Assembly (NCBI RefSeq): GCF_035594765.1
Contig: NC_085842.1
Location: 157,183,036 to 157,247,035, forward strand
Direction: 5' to 3'
Length of the DNA: 64,000 bases
Origin: Anolis carolinensis
Taxonomy: Eukaryota
Below the pieces are notes generated by a model. The model had not been told where the DNA came from and did not search any database. It saw only the letters and a program-made list of their open reading frames with translations. A program made the position numbers and the translations under genes. This document shows, in pieces, positions 10,117 to 22,810 of the stretch (position 1 is the first letter of the stretch; each line of letters begins with the position of its first letter).

Positions 10117-10896
10117 CAGTTCAAAGCAGATCTTGTGGATTATCTGCCTTGATATTCTGGGTTATATGGCTGTGTGGAAGGGCCCTGAGAATCTGATGAA
10201 AGCTATGAAAAAAGAAGCATCTGAACAGATTTTATATATAATTTTATTGTATTTGAATTTGGTTTCTTTCACATACAGGCAGTTCTTGAGTTACAAACAT
10301 TTACAATTCACATACAGGCAGTTCTTGAGTTACAAATACTCGACTTACAAAGTTAAGAACAGGGGTGAGACTACAGGAAGTGAAAGAAATCTACCCCTCA
10401 GAAGAGAAATTCACTCGTGGAAGAGTTATCATGGGGAAAAGGTGTCTCCACTGAAGCTTTACCAGCAATCCTTGTTTCCACAACAAGCCATTTTTTTCAA
10501 AATCCAATTCTCACAGGGACAGAAAATGAGGTGGAATCTTCTGAGAAGATACACAGACCACAAAAGAAACTCCGCAACACACTTAAAAGATGGCCCTGTT
10601 CTTGTGCAAACACAACCAACAGTATACGTCAATCCTGCTGAAAAGAAAATTTCAGTTTAAAAGCTGCTGCTATTTAGTTTGAATAAGAAATTGATATTGT
10701 GGCATTCACATGCATCCTATCAATGTCATTTGACTTTTCATTTGGGTGGCACAATGCTTCGAATTGTGACTCACAAAGTTATAGAGGAGCAAACCCAGAG
10801 CTCTTGATTTTCCAAAGGAAATAAACTTTGTGTCTAGGAGCCTCCAAATTCCTCCATCTCCTTGAGTTAAATTCGTTTTGCATCATTTCCTTTGTC

Positions 10897-11008
10897 GGTT
10901 GCTGTGAGTTTTCCGGGCTGTATGGCATAATGTTTCTGGAACATGGCCATGCAGCCTGGAAAACTCACAGTAACCAAGTGATTCCAGCTATGAAAGCCTT
11001 CGACAACA
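10897..11008. mobile_element. Short Penelope-like insertion with inverted terminal segment
   Basis: Same pLTR end as 15758-15984 and 38230-38303; 12-bp duplication CATTTCCTTTGT at 10884-10895 and 11009-11020. Confidence 0.7.
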
Positions 11009-11347
11009 CATTTCCTTTGTGCTTATTTCAAATAGACTATAAGTGACTGATAATGTAAGCAGGATTGGGCATTTCCAGGCTATCTGAAAGATGGTGTCTC
11101 CCCTGATGGGCCTACCCAAGCTGTAAGATCTTTAGGAGAGGCACTTCTCACTGCCTTCACAAGCACGTTTCATGGCAATGCAGGTCTTTCCTGTGGCTGC
11201 TCCCAGACTTTAAAACTCCTTCCTTAGGGAGGTTAAGGTATCTCCTTCTTTGCTGTTTTTGTGGCAACAGGTGAAAACATTTCTATTCCTTTGGGAATTG
11301 ATTATTAACAAGAAAATAGCTTTTGTGGTGTTGTACTGTTTTTAATA

Positions 11348-11667
11348 GAGCCCCCTGATGGTGCAGTAGGTTAAACAGCTGAGATGTTGAACTTGCTGAC
11401 TGAAAAGTTGGTGGTTCGAATACGGAGAGCAGGGTGAGCTCCCACTATGAGCCCCAGCTTCTGCCAACCTAGCAGTTCGAAAACATGCAAATGTGAGTAG
11501 ATAAATAGGTACTGCTCTGGTGGGAAGGTAACGGCACTCCATGCAGTCATGACCTTGGAGACGTCTACGGACAACGCTGGGTCTTCGGCTCAGAAATGGA
11601 GATGAGCAGCAACCCCCAGACTTGGACACAACTAGACTTGATGTCAGGGTAAAATCTTTACCTTTAC
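11348..11667 (+). mobile_element. Sauria SINE
   Basis: tRNA-like A/B boxes (TGGTGCAGTAGG, GGTTCGAAT), family body, (ACCTTT) tail. Confidence 0.85.
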
Positions 11668-12613
11668 TATTGTTTTTAATCTTTGTTTAAAAGTACAGTA
11701 CAACTCCCATATCTATGGAACTTATATCCATCCAAATTTGACATGTTTTCTCTAGGCATTTTCCACTCCTCCCAGTTTGATTCCAAGTTATTATTGGGCC
11801 GGAAGTTCCATATTTCAATAAGGTTTATTATTATCCATGATTTTGTGTATCCACATGATGTTCAATAATGTATTCCCTGAAGTTTTAAAAGTTTTAATTC
11901 CATGGTTAATTTAATACTAATTTAATTTCAACTTTTGGTGCTTTTAAAAAACTACATATGTATTATTGTCCAAAAAAGATATATATATTTATTGTAATTT
12001 TCTTTCTTTTGTAGACTGCCTTAAGTCTCCGTCAGGGGAAAAAAAGAGTATAAAAGGAATAGATGGGTGCTACCCTATACTTCTTTGGAGAGAATGAATA
12101 CCTTTGTAATATACTTTCAAATATTTTCCTCCATCTTCAGAATAAAAAGAAGTAAATCTTATATGTATGCATACACTCACATAAATAAATAAGAAAGATC
12201 TAAAAACCTGGCTCTTCCAGTGTGCCTTCAATAATTGATTATAACCACAATTTCACAGTATTGACAATTTATTGTACTAATGTACTGCTTCCTGTCTATA
12301 TCAGGCATAAATCTTTCTTCTTGCCCACCCCCAAATTCTCCTTTTTAGCTATAATGCAACACTTTATTATAGATCTCCTCAGACTTCTAACCATGTACAC
12401 CACGCACTTTGCCCAGTCTTTTATTATCTTACTCTGTTTTGTTCCATATGGCGGTTTGCTGTTATTTTAATACTTTTAAACTGTTTACATTTTTACTGCT
12501 GATGATGTTACTGTTTTGATTGTACATTATTTGTTTTGTGATTGTTCAGGCTCGGCCCCATGTAAACCATCCCGGGTCCCTGTGGGGAGATGGTGGTGGG
12601 ATATAAAAATAAA

Positions 12614-12614
<1 letters not shown>

Positions 12615-12673
<59 letters not shown>
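12615..12673. repeat. (TTA)n microsatellite
   Basis: Directly visible. Confidence 0.95.
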
Positions 12674-13193
12674 GACACAACGGCATAGCAAACACAGCAA
12701 ACAAGATAGATACGCAGGATTTCGTATCACAAAATCACAAGTCGAACACTTCCCAAGTGTCTAGGACTGTGTGATGTATTTTCGGATGATGCGTGCAGAT
12801 CCCAGCAGTGTGGCCTTTTGCAGTTGGCAGATCGTAATTTTGTCAATGTCTATTGTTTCTAAATGCCGGCTGAGATCTTTTGGCACGGCACCCAGTGTGC
12901 CCATCACCACCGGGACCACCTGCACTGGTTTCTGCCAGAGTCTTTAAAGTTCAATCTTGAGGTCCTGATAGCGACTGAGTTTTTCCTGTTGTTTTTCGTC
13001 AATGCGACTGTCACCTGGGATGGCAACATCAATTATCCAAACCTTGTTCTTTCCCACAACTGTGATGTCTGGTGTGTTGTGTTCCAGAACTTTGTCAGTC
13101 TGGATTCGGAAGTCCCACAGTATCTTTGCGTGTTCATTTTCCACGATCTTTGCTGGTTTGTGATCCCACCAGTTCTTTGCTGCTGGCAGGTGG
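12674..13193 (-). mobile_element. 5'-truncated R4/Dong-clade LINE (restriction-like endonuclease region)
   Basis: KILWDFRIQTDKVLEHNTPDITVV..IIDVAIP..EKLSRYQDL motif; 3' end abuts (TAA)n. Confidence 0.85.
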
Positions 13194-13206
13194 TATTATT
13201 ATTATT

Positions 13207-13384
13207 GACACAATGGCATAGTATGACACAGCAAACAAGATAGATATGCAGGATTTCGTATCACAAAATCACAAGTCGAACACTTCCCAAGTGTCTAGGA
13301 CTGTGTGATGTATTTTCAGATGATGCGCGCAGATCCCAGTAGGGTGGCCTTTTGCAGTTGACAGATTGTGACTTTGTCAATGTC

Positions 13385-13388
<4 letters not shown>
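13207..13388 (-). mobile_element. Second, shorter R4/Dong 3' fragment
   Basis: Near-identical to 12674-12853; flanked by (TTA)n, including 13385-13437. Confidence 0.85.
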
Positions 13389-13438
<50 letters not shown>

Positions 13439-14719
13439 ACACACACAACTCATTGTTTTAGTATCTTGCTCACAGATGCACACAGGCAACATCAAGAACT
13501 TCTATTCTACAAGATCAGATTCATGTTTCTACAGCTCCACACAAACATGGTCTTTTTTGCACTTACGCATGTAGCTCAGAGAGCTACTCCTTTTCCAGAA
13601 AACCTAGGAAGGCGTAGTTTTTGAGCATTCAATCAAAACTACACCTCTCCTTTGTTTTGGAAAAGGGGTGGGGAGGGGGAGACTACCCAGGATAAAGGTT
13701 GGTTAGGTCTAGGCATCAGTTCATTATCCCTGATAGGGATTTCTAGGGTCCTTTTCTTAACTCACTTCCAATATGACCATGTTGCCAGGTCTTCCATCAT
13801 TAATGCCATATGCAGAAACTAACCAGGGCAGCTTATTCCAATGACAGGTAGATGAATCTGATCGGCTGATAACCCTTGGGCATCATGCAACTGTCAATAC
13901 AACATCTACTGGGTTACTTTTAAAGAGGACAATTTTCATGTCTGCAGCAGCACACACATCCCACCTTTTCTTTTGCTGCATCCCAAATATGTCATACAAC
14001 TACTGCCCTGCCCTGTTTACAATGTGGGATAGATATGGCCAAGGGCAAAGCGGCCGGTGCTTAACTTGCTGGAAGAGGCAAAGAAAAGAGATCCCTGTTG
14101 CAGGGCGGGTGGATGGGTGGTAGGCAGGCAGGCTGGCTGGCCGGGTGCCCCCGGTGACAGGAGAGGCACGCCAGCTATTTCCCCTGCTGGGCTGCTGCCC
14201 CATTGTCATTCCAGGCCCTGGCTGCCCCCCTCTGCACCGACATACCAGCCCTGGTTGCTGTGATGAGGCGAAGACGGACTGGCGGCTTCTAATGGGATTA
14301 TGGGCGCTTCCCCCTCCCCAGCTCAGAGACAATGCAAGATGGATGAGCCCACAACTGGTGAGAAACAAGAGGCAGGCTCCAGGCCAGGCCAGGGGGGTGG
14401 GATGTGGTGGGAAGCCAGGATGGTGGGGGGACGGACGGGGGACTCTGACTCTCCCGTTGATGCTGCCTTCTTCCTCCTCTTCTCTTCCCAGTGCCTCCTC
14501 TTGAGAGGAAATAGGATTGGGTCTTCTATAGGAGCTCTCTGTAGCAAGGACTCTCAATGATCACTTGCCAGCAAACACAGGAACTGGCTCTTGACTCTGG
14601 TCAAGGGCTGGGAATCAGTTGGCTCTCCAGATATTACTGGATTCCAACTCCTAGCAGGATGTGCAGTCTATCCATATCGGGAAGGCTGGATGATTGCTGT
14701 CCCACACCAGTGATTCTCA

Positions 14720-14867
14720 GGCCTCTCCTACACTGTCACATAAAATCCAGAGCATCTGCTTTGAACTGGATTATATGGCACTGTAGACTCATATAATCTA
14801 ATCCTAAGCAGATAATGTGGATTTTCTGATTTTATAATTTGGACTATATGGCAGTATAGAAGGGGCC
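14720..14867. mobile_element. Harbinger-like MITE (related subfamily)
   Basis: GGCC...GGCC inverted ends, TCA on both sides, body similar to the other copies. Confidence 0.65.
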
Positions 14868-14927
14868 TCAGTCTACCTAATGTAGGGACCACCAATTGCT
14901 TTCCCCCGAGCATAATAGGGAATTATA

Positions 14928-15261
14928 GGGGGGCCCAGTGGCACAGTGTGTTAAAGCGCTGAGCTGCTGAACTTGTGGATCAAAAGGTCTCAGGTTTGAA
15001 GCTGGGGAGCAGAAGTGGGGAGTACCCACTGTTAGCCCCAGCTTCTGCCAACCTAGCAGTTCATAAACATGCTAATGTGAGTTGATCAATAGGTACCGCT
15101 CTGGCGGGAAGGTAATGGTGCTCCATGCAGTCATGCCGGCCACATGACCTTGGAGGTGTCTATGGGCAACACCGGCTCTTCGGCTTAGAAATGGAGATGA
15201 GCACCAACCCCCAGAGTAGAACATGACTGGACTTAACATCAGGGGAAACCTTTACCTTTAC
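14928..15261 (+). mobile_element. Sauria SINE
   Basis: Same body and ACCTTT tail as 11348-11667. Confidence 0.85.
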
Positions 15262-15362
15262 TTAACAAGGAATTATATTTGTACCCATTGCCCACAACGA
15301 TTTCTTGCTTTTTTGGATATTTGATGAAAACTGGCAGCTAGTGTCTCAGTTTCCAGTACCAG

Positions 15363-15365
<3 letters not shown>

Positions 15366-15411
<46 letters not shown>
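15366..15411. repeat. (CAT)n microsatellite
   Basis: Directly visible. Confidence 0.95.
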
Positions 15412-15412
<1 letters not shown>

Positions 15413-15757
15413 TTCTGTTGTTTGGCTGGCGTGGGATGGTTCATGAGGTTATGAAGAGTTGGAAGTGACTGAACAAATAAACAACAAATAGAAAAATATT
15501 TTGGGAGCTGCAACTACCAAAATGCCCTAGACAGCATACAACTGCCCAGTGAGAAACACAAATTTTCTATACAGGTTGAGCATTCCTTATTCAGACAGCT
15601 GAAATACAAAAGGCTCAAAAATTTAAAATTGTCTACATGGATGTCTGAAATTGTGACGCCTTCATTTTTTGATGGTTCAGTGTACACAAACTTTGTTTGT
15701 ACAAAATTTCCTTCAGGATTATATGTTTAAAATGCAAATAGAATAGAACATAACAGA

Positions 15758-15984
15758 ACAGGGTTGTTGTATGTCTTTCGGGCTGTGTGGCCATGTTCCA
15801 GAAGCATTCTCTCCTGACGTTTCGCCCACATCTATGGCAGGCATCCTCAGAGGTTGTGACAACCTCTGAGGATGCCTGCCATAGATGTGGGCGAAACGTC
15901 AGGAGAGAATGCTTCTGGAACATGGCCACACAGCCCGAAAGACATACAACAACCCTGTGATCCCGGCCATGAAAGCCTTCGACG
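15758..15984. mobile_element. Penelope-like pLTR insertion forming a perfect 201-bp palindrome
   Basis: Arms 15758-15857 and 15859-15958; 14-bp duplication ACATAACAGAACAG at 15748-15761 and 15985-15998. Confidence 0.85.
15863..15903 (+). ncRNA. Minimal hammerhead ribozyme motif (mirror copy on the minus strand at 15813-15853)
   Basis: CCT-CTGAGGA-stem II (GCCTGC/GTGGGC)-GAAAC-GTC-AGG, the minimal hammerhead layout known from Penelope pLTRs. Confidence 0.7.
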
Positions 15985-16089
15985 ACATAACAGAACAGTT
16001 TTATTTGTCGTTATGCTCTTGCACAACGAAGTTACAGTGCATGCCTTCCCCCCCACACACTATAAAACAACACATCCATCCTTCCACAC

Positions 16090-16230
16090 CTCTAGCTTGC
16101 GGGGACATTAGAGAAGCCTTCCAGCAGGATGGTAACACATTCCTGGGCAACGTCTGTGTAGATGGCCAATTCTCTCACAACAGAAGCGACTCGCAGTATG
16201 TTCTCAAGTAGCTTCTAATGCGATAAAAAA
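16090..16230 (+). mobile_element. ACASINE2-like SINE 3' part (also 1-46)
   Basis: Shares GGCCAATTCTCTCACA..AGAAGCGACT body and A tail with 61905-62150 and 63372-63630. Confidence 0.65.
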
Positions 16231-18501
16231 ATAAAATAATCAGAGACTGAACCTGAGTTAGGACCTTCAAGACCTCTTTCTTCCCAGAAAAGGGGATGGT
16301 GGCAAAATATTGGCCAATTCATTCCCTTCTTGTTTCCTTGAACTTCAAAACCATCGATGAACTGATCCTTATATTTTCCCAGCAGGAGGCAGCAAACCCC
16401 AGGATTTGTTTAGCTTTACTGAAGAGAGACACCTACTTGAATCCATTGGGATGTTAAACAGCGCTTGCTTGGCTGTGACTCACCTAATATATGCCTGCGT
16501 GCTTGTATAAACTTTTATTCATGGCAAGTGTGCTGCTTGTGTCCTCCCTCACACACAGTCACGTACAGGCTAGGGCAGATATTGATTTGACAATGTTCCA
16601 ATTAGGCCTAGATCTGGCACTTTATCGTACTGAATTTCTTATTCTCACTAACCACTAATATTTTTGGGAGTTTCTTTAGAATAAGAAACTGCTCTAGGAT
16701 ACATAAAGCGCTTTGAGTCCCCTTTGGGGTGATAAAGCAGGCAATAATGATGATGATGTCCATAGAAGGCCTCTCCTGTCCCAAATCCAGGGGGACTGGC
16801 CAGGGCAACATGTAGTTACAGCACTTTGTGCTCCTAGATCAGGGGCTGGAGCATTGAGGCCATCAAAATATTGTTGAACTGTATCTCCCATCAGATCTAG
16901 CCAATGGTGAGGAAGGCCCCATGATCCCATGCTTTACTAGGCTAAGGAGAAAAATATTACCTTGTATCTGATTTGAGGATATAATATTTCAAATGTTTCA
17001 AAGCCATGGCCAAAATAACACAAGGCAGCATTTAAAAAATATTATTTCTGTGTTTCACTCTAGTTTCATTGAGAACAGTCACCTGTACACCAGCAAAAAA
17101 AAAGTACAGGGATAAAACAACTGACAGATTCTCATGGCATTTGTGTTTGCTGGTTTATAGGCATGGATATAAATTTGTCTGTTTGCATATACTAGCAAAT
17201 AGGCATGAATCCACAAGCTGGTATGGTGTAATAGTTCTGAGTGTTATATGAAGACTCCCGGAGACCAAGGTTGGGATCCCTGCTCAGCCCTGGGAACCCT
17301 CATGGGAAGTCTCATTATCAAAGGAAAGCAATGGAAAGCTCACTCTGAACAGTCTTGCAAATATCCTATGATAAGGCTACTAAATGTTGGGGATAAAGAC
17401 ATTCCAAATACAAATGTTGAGGTAAACAGCATTATTTACATAGAAATATAATCCTAGTATGGAGGACTGTGGGCATGTCTTTGACCTGAGGCTCAAATAC
17501 TATATGTTCATGGGCAACTTCAAGGCCTCTCTCTGCTTTTCCAAGGCTATGCAAACCTTCAAACTAAAGATAACATCAAATATCTGTCCATCCTAGTAAT
17601 TTTGTAATAGAACATTTGGTTCTTGTTGGCCTTGATAGCTCCTGCTTACCAATTCCAACAGAGAAGGTGACTGGAGATGCTAGGCAGGTTGCCTCAGGTG
17701 AGCGATGCTGGCAGCCAGCGGCAGGGCATTGGAGAGCAGTGTGCCAAGCCATCTATCCCACCATCCCCAAAAAATCACCTGCTAGCTTCAGACGTGGTGG
17801 AAAGTGCTCCCCTCACAAGGGTTGATACTGCAGTCAGCTTTCATGCACAGAATGGAAATAGGCTCGATTTCATTCACCGGCCAAATGTCTTGAGTTCGGT
17901 TCTGGCGGTGGGGGAACAATATTGTAAAAATGCTTTCACCCATTCTCTTGCTGACTCACCACATCCACACCAGCCACAAGGGGAAAATGATCCTGCATAG
18001 AAGTAGAGTGCCAAGTGCCAAACCCACTAAACACATGCTAATAGCTAGAGTCTTAAAGAGGGTCATCATATTATCAGCAATAGCAAACCCAGTTCTTTGG
18101 ACACCTGACCTATTATAATCATCCATACACAAGAGGGGATTGTTAGCATGTTAGCAATATTCATGGGAGAACTTCATGGTTGGCAGAAGTATAGAAAGTC
18201 TTTAAATCCTAAATTGGGCCAGGGAGGAGGGATCCTAACATAGCAAGCTTAGTGAACACAAATTAAGGGATGTCAGCACGAAGTGACATTCTAGAAAAAG
18301 AGCATGACTTGATTATTGAAATATGATTACTTCACTCTGCTGTTTTTGTAAGAAGTCCAATTTATTACATTTATATCCCATCTTTCTCCTGTGGAACTCT
18401 TGAGTAACACACACAGTTCTCGGGGAGCCTCCACTCCCAAATACTGGCCAGATCCAGACACTAAGTTTCATCAAGCTTGCTGCAATCATGTGCCTCTAAG
18501 A

Positions 18502-18571
<70 letters not shown>
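18502..18571. repeat. (ATCT)n microsatellite
   Basis: Directly visible. Confidence 0.95.
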
Positions 18572-18572
<1 letters not shown>

Positions 18573-21500
18573 CCTGGGACTGAGAAAAACTAATATACAG
18601 TTTATACAGTCACTCTTTTTAAGACTAGGCAAATTATTAGGATTTTAAGATGCTTTGCAACAAGGAGTGGGCTTCTTTCGTGATGACGCTATGACAACTA
18701 TTCTTAGGCATTTGATGAATTTTGAAGGGGTCCATCCATGCAAGGAGAGTTTTAAGTGTGACAGCCAGGAAAGGAGAACTTTTAGGCAAGGGATCTAAAA
18801 GCTTTAAAAAAGTACAGCAAAGGCAATTTTCTTTTTAAAAGACTGGGATAGGAAACTTTGGACTCTCCAAATGTTTTAGGATACAACCACACCTTGTAAC
18901 TATTTGATCTTCTGGCTGTAGCCTCTAGAAATGAAGAGTCAAAACATCGGGAGAGCAAAAGATTCCCCACTTTTTGTAGCTTTGAAGACATGTGTCCTAT
19001 GGTACAAGCACAAGCTCAAAGAAAGGATGTTCTTGAACAGAGGACTTGTGGAGTCTACTTCCCAATTATTCCTGGTCTCAAGGCTCCTAACAGGAAAAGA
19101 ACAGAAGCAATCTAACACAAATATATGGCAATAGGGTTCAGTTGGAAATTGAGAAATTTAAGGTTTGCATTTAGTTTTCCTTATGAAACTTTAAGCTACT
19201 TTACAACACAAATGTGAATCATACATAGGCTATAATGGTTATTAACATTACAAATGCCTCTTTTTCTGCATGAACAGAGCAATGAAGGGGGCTTCAAAGT
19301 AAATACCGATGATGTTTTGTTTTTGGATCCAAAAACAGAAGTAATCAAAACTTCTATACAGGACGACAAAGGTTCATGCTCTCATGAATCCTCTTATAAG
19401 TTAAAACAATGGCTATAGTGTGTGGCAATGGATGGGATTAGCAAAGGCTTGAGAGGATCATAGAAAAGGAAAAGGCAATGGCAAACTTCTCCATTTCCTC
19501 ATGTTGTCTCTAATGGTTTCACTCCAAACCATGAATCAGGTTGCCAAAAAAAACAAACAAAACCTGATTGTTTTATACTTCAGTAATTCTCAGGCTGGTC
19601 TCCCTAAATGGCAAAAATCTACCAAAATAACTTATCATTACAAATATCTTTGCTGTAATGTGCCAACAGTAGGAAGTATGTTGTGTGAATTCAAAAGGAC
19701 TCCCAATATCATGCTTTTCTATGAGAAGGTGGAGTCTCCTTTTCTGAGTTTTTCTAGCTGAAATCCTGTATTGAGCAGGGGATTGGACTGTGATGCTCCT
19801 TCCAACTCTATGATCCTGTGAGACTGAGTGACAAACCACATAGAGTGCTCACATGTGCTCCAGAATTCCCTGCAATGCATAAGGCTGCTTCAGCAGACAC
19901 CTCACATAGCTGCTGTAGCATACCATGTTTTACACACAAAAGTTTACAAATTTGATCCGTTATAGTAGAGCAATGGAAAAGAGCTCTTTCTCACCAAGAC
20001 CATGGAAAACCACTGCTTAGCTAAAACAGACAAGAGTAGGCTAAATGGACAGGCAGTTTGAACTGGCATATAGCAGATTCCTGTGAAAGTTGGCCATGGT
20101 ACCCGAAGGGCCTGGCAACCTTTTCCCATGCTTGTGCTACAGTCGCTGGGCGGGGCAGGAAGGGTACCTAAAAGCATAGCCTTGTACAACTACAGACTGA
20201 ATAGAAAAGCCACCTTCCCTTTTCAGTCACTCTCAATAAACGTCTTCTCTCACAAGTATCAAAAAAGTGAGACAAGGCACTTATGTGAACAAGGGGTTTT
20301 GGGGGTGTGGGAAGCATTTTTTAGGCCCTGGTGCCTTCTCTTCTTATTTCAGAGCATGGAGCGGAACGGAAAGCCCAATCCAATGTCATCAGGGTGGGCA
20401 GGACCCCTTTCTTGGATTAGCAACTAATGGGATTTAGCTGCTCATCCAATATCTTCCCTTCAATACAGGAAGGGAGGGGGCTAAATGCCACTTTGGATCA
20501 AAGACGCCCCCTCCTCAGAGAGAAGTGCAGCTCAGTTAAGCTGTTTCTAATTAAAGTCAGTGCCTACATGTCCATCACCAGTCCTGGGCTAGCAAGAGCA
20601 ACCTGAACCAAGAGAAAGGCCATGTATGTTAAGGGGAAACTGGCAAGGGGTGGAGGCGCAAACGGAGACATTGAGGAGGGAAAGTCTTTTTGTAAAGAAA
20701 TGAGTTATCAGTAAACACAGAGACACTATTCAGGAGGTGGAAGAAAAAGCACAAAATCTCTTTCTTTGGTAAGGTGTTGAAATGCAGAATCTCACTCCCA
20801 GACCCTGAATGCAGCCTAAACCCTCGCGAGCAATCAAAAATCCCTTTTCAACCTCGGTTCAGCACTGGGGAGATATATAGACGCAATTTTAAAGGGCTAT
20901 TTGGTTCTCCTGAATTACTGTGTATATGTGAGTGCACAATGTTCCTTCACACAGTAATTCTTGAACCCTGTGTCCTGATGACAGGAATGAATGAAACAGT
21001 CTTGAGAGACACTTAACACGTAGCATATTTCTCAACGTCCGCAAAACACGAGACTGGAGCCAGCATCTACATAAAACAAGTTTAATATCCAATGGGGGTG
21101 CACAGAAGTCATGGTGCATCCAACTGTTCAGGGGGGCCAAGAAAAAACACATATAGGGAGCCATGGCCCAGAGAATGAACAAAACCAGAAAGAAAGGGGA
21201 AAGGTAAATCACTTTACACCAAGCAAAGGGAGTTGAAGATTAATTTAGAGGGTGGGAGAGGGAAAGGGGAGGCAGGAAGAGAGAGAGAGAAGTCAATACA
21301 TATTTGCCAGAATAGGGAGAGGGGAACACACAGTACCAACACTGTCCAAAGGCAGGGAGTGTCCAGAAAGTTACATGCATTGAACTGGGTCTGATCCTAA
21401 TACAATCATTACCCCCCCCCCCCAAATAATGAAAAGGGGGGAGGAAAAAGACACCTCCACTTTCCCCAACATGGAAAATAAACCTTAAAGAGCCAGGGTT

Positions 21501-22810
21501 TTATCTCAGGGCAGGGGAAGAAGGGGGAGAGTCACCTGTCTTAAGGGATAACACCACATATATAGGCAGCAATGAAATTCTGCCCTTGGGAAGCTTCCAG
21601 AAGGAAGGCAAAGCAGGTTGGTGGAACTATTTAGCAGCCAGGGTGCTGCCATGTCCATCTTGTGACAGGAAAGAATAAGGAAGGAGTTTTGTACAATAGC
21701 TGTTCACAGCATTGGTCCCAAACCTTCTCAGCAGCTCATGCCAATGCCCAATAAATGCTGGTCCAATTCTATGGGGGAATGGAAAGAGCCCAGGAGGCTG
21801 AGGAGAGGCAAACTACGGAGGGCCGCAGGTGCCATATGGTCAAAAAGGTTGGAATGCAAGAGTTTCGGTTTATTGGCAGCATCAAGAGTTGCTATCCACA
21901 TGCGTCACTAATGAAATTGTTAACAGGCAATGGATGGGGAAGCAGGAAGTTTCGATAAAGAATGCTCCATACTGCTGCAATGTCAGCGGCAATACCAGCA
22001 GGGGGCACTGCTGAACACAAACCCAAGGCAAGAAAGAAATGTGCAATATTTTATTGGGGAGGGAGGTTGTAATTAGCTGGAACTCACTGCATCCCTCCTA
22101 CTCCAACATGCTACCATCAAGAAGTAATGGGCCTTTTCCCCATCTGCAGCAGCTCGATTTCTGAGACCCTCCCTTCTTGCATTAACCATCTCTGCCTCCA
22201 CAGCATATGACCCCCAGCTTTGCCTTTATTAACCCTGGATTCCTCCCTCCTTTCCACTCTGCACTAACAGCACAAGAAAGAAAGCAAGAAAAGCAGCTGC
22301 CACTGAATTCTGGTCCCCTCCAGTTAAAGAGCGTGCCAAGTTTCACATACCACCAAGAAAATACAAACTGACCAACAAAAATATAGAAAGGAAAGGGAAA
22401 TAAGGGGAAAAGAAAACAAGGGGGGAAAAAGAAAGGCCACAGAATCGGCGTCCAACCCCCACTTGCCCCAACCCCTCCCACCACACCCATATATTTTATT
22501 ATCTCTATATATATATTTATCACACACGCACGCGCACACACAGAGACCGTGCAAAAAAATTCCTGGCAGAGCCAGGGCATGAGAAAATAAGAGAAAAAAC
22601 AAGAGAGGTTGAGAGAGAAAAAGGAAACCAAAATTTCACCCCACCCCACCCGTCCCCACCCCCACAGCAACCGGTGCCGCCAGAGAGGAAAAGCAAACCC
22701 AACAGGGAAAGGAGAGGGAGGGGAGGGCTGGGGGGGAGCGTAGGAAGGAGAGGGGAGACCAACCCAAACTGGAACCCACAGCCAGGAGCTGAGCCCCACC
22801 TCTCCTGCAC

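Larger units (their letters stand above)
1266..10185. mobile_element. Harbinger-like MITE split by the BEL insertion (left part 1266-1350, right part 10117-10185)
   Basis: The two halves rejoin into the same ~150-bp sequence as 942-1088; TGA on both sides (1263-1265, 10186-10188). Confidence 0.8.

Noticed and set aside
12516-12764. Poly-Leu/Asn/Ile/Tyr ORFs (also 13368, 38091, 56711-57257)
   Set aside because: Translations of (TTA)n microsatellites
14000-14557. Overlapping ORFs as exons of the expected neighbour FKBP11 or CCDC65
   Set aside because: No translation resembles either protein; no exons of these genes recognised in 1-22800
17616-18118. Cluster of ORFs in unique sequence
   Set aside because: No recognisable protein similarity or convincing splice-site pair
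19850-22810. Exact 3' end of the ARF3 mRNA
   Set aside because: The region looks like a long repeat-free 3' UTR with several minus-strand AATAAA candidates (~22050, ~22225, ~22495), but the sites used cannot be determined from sequence alone
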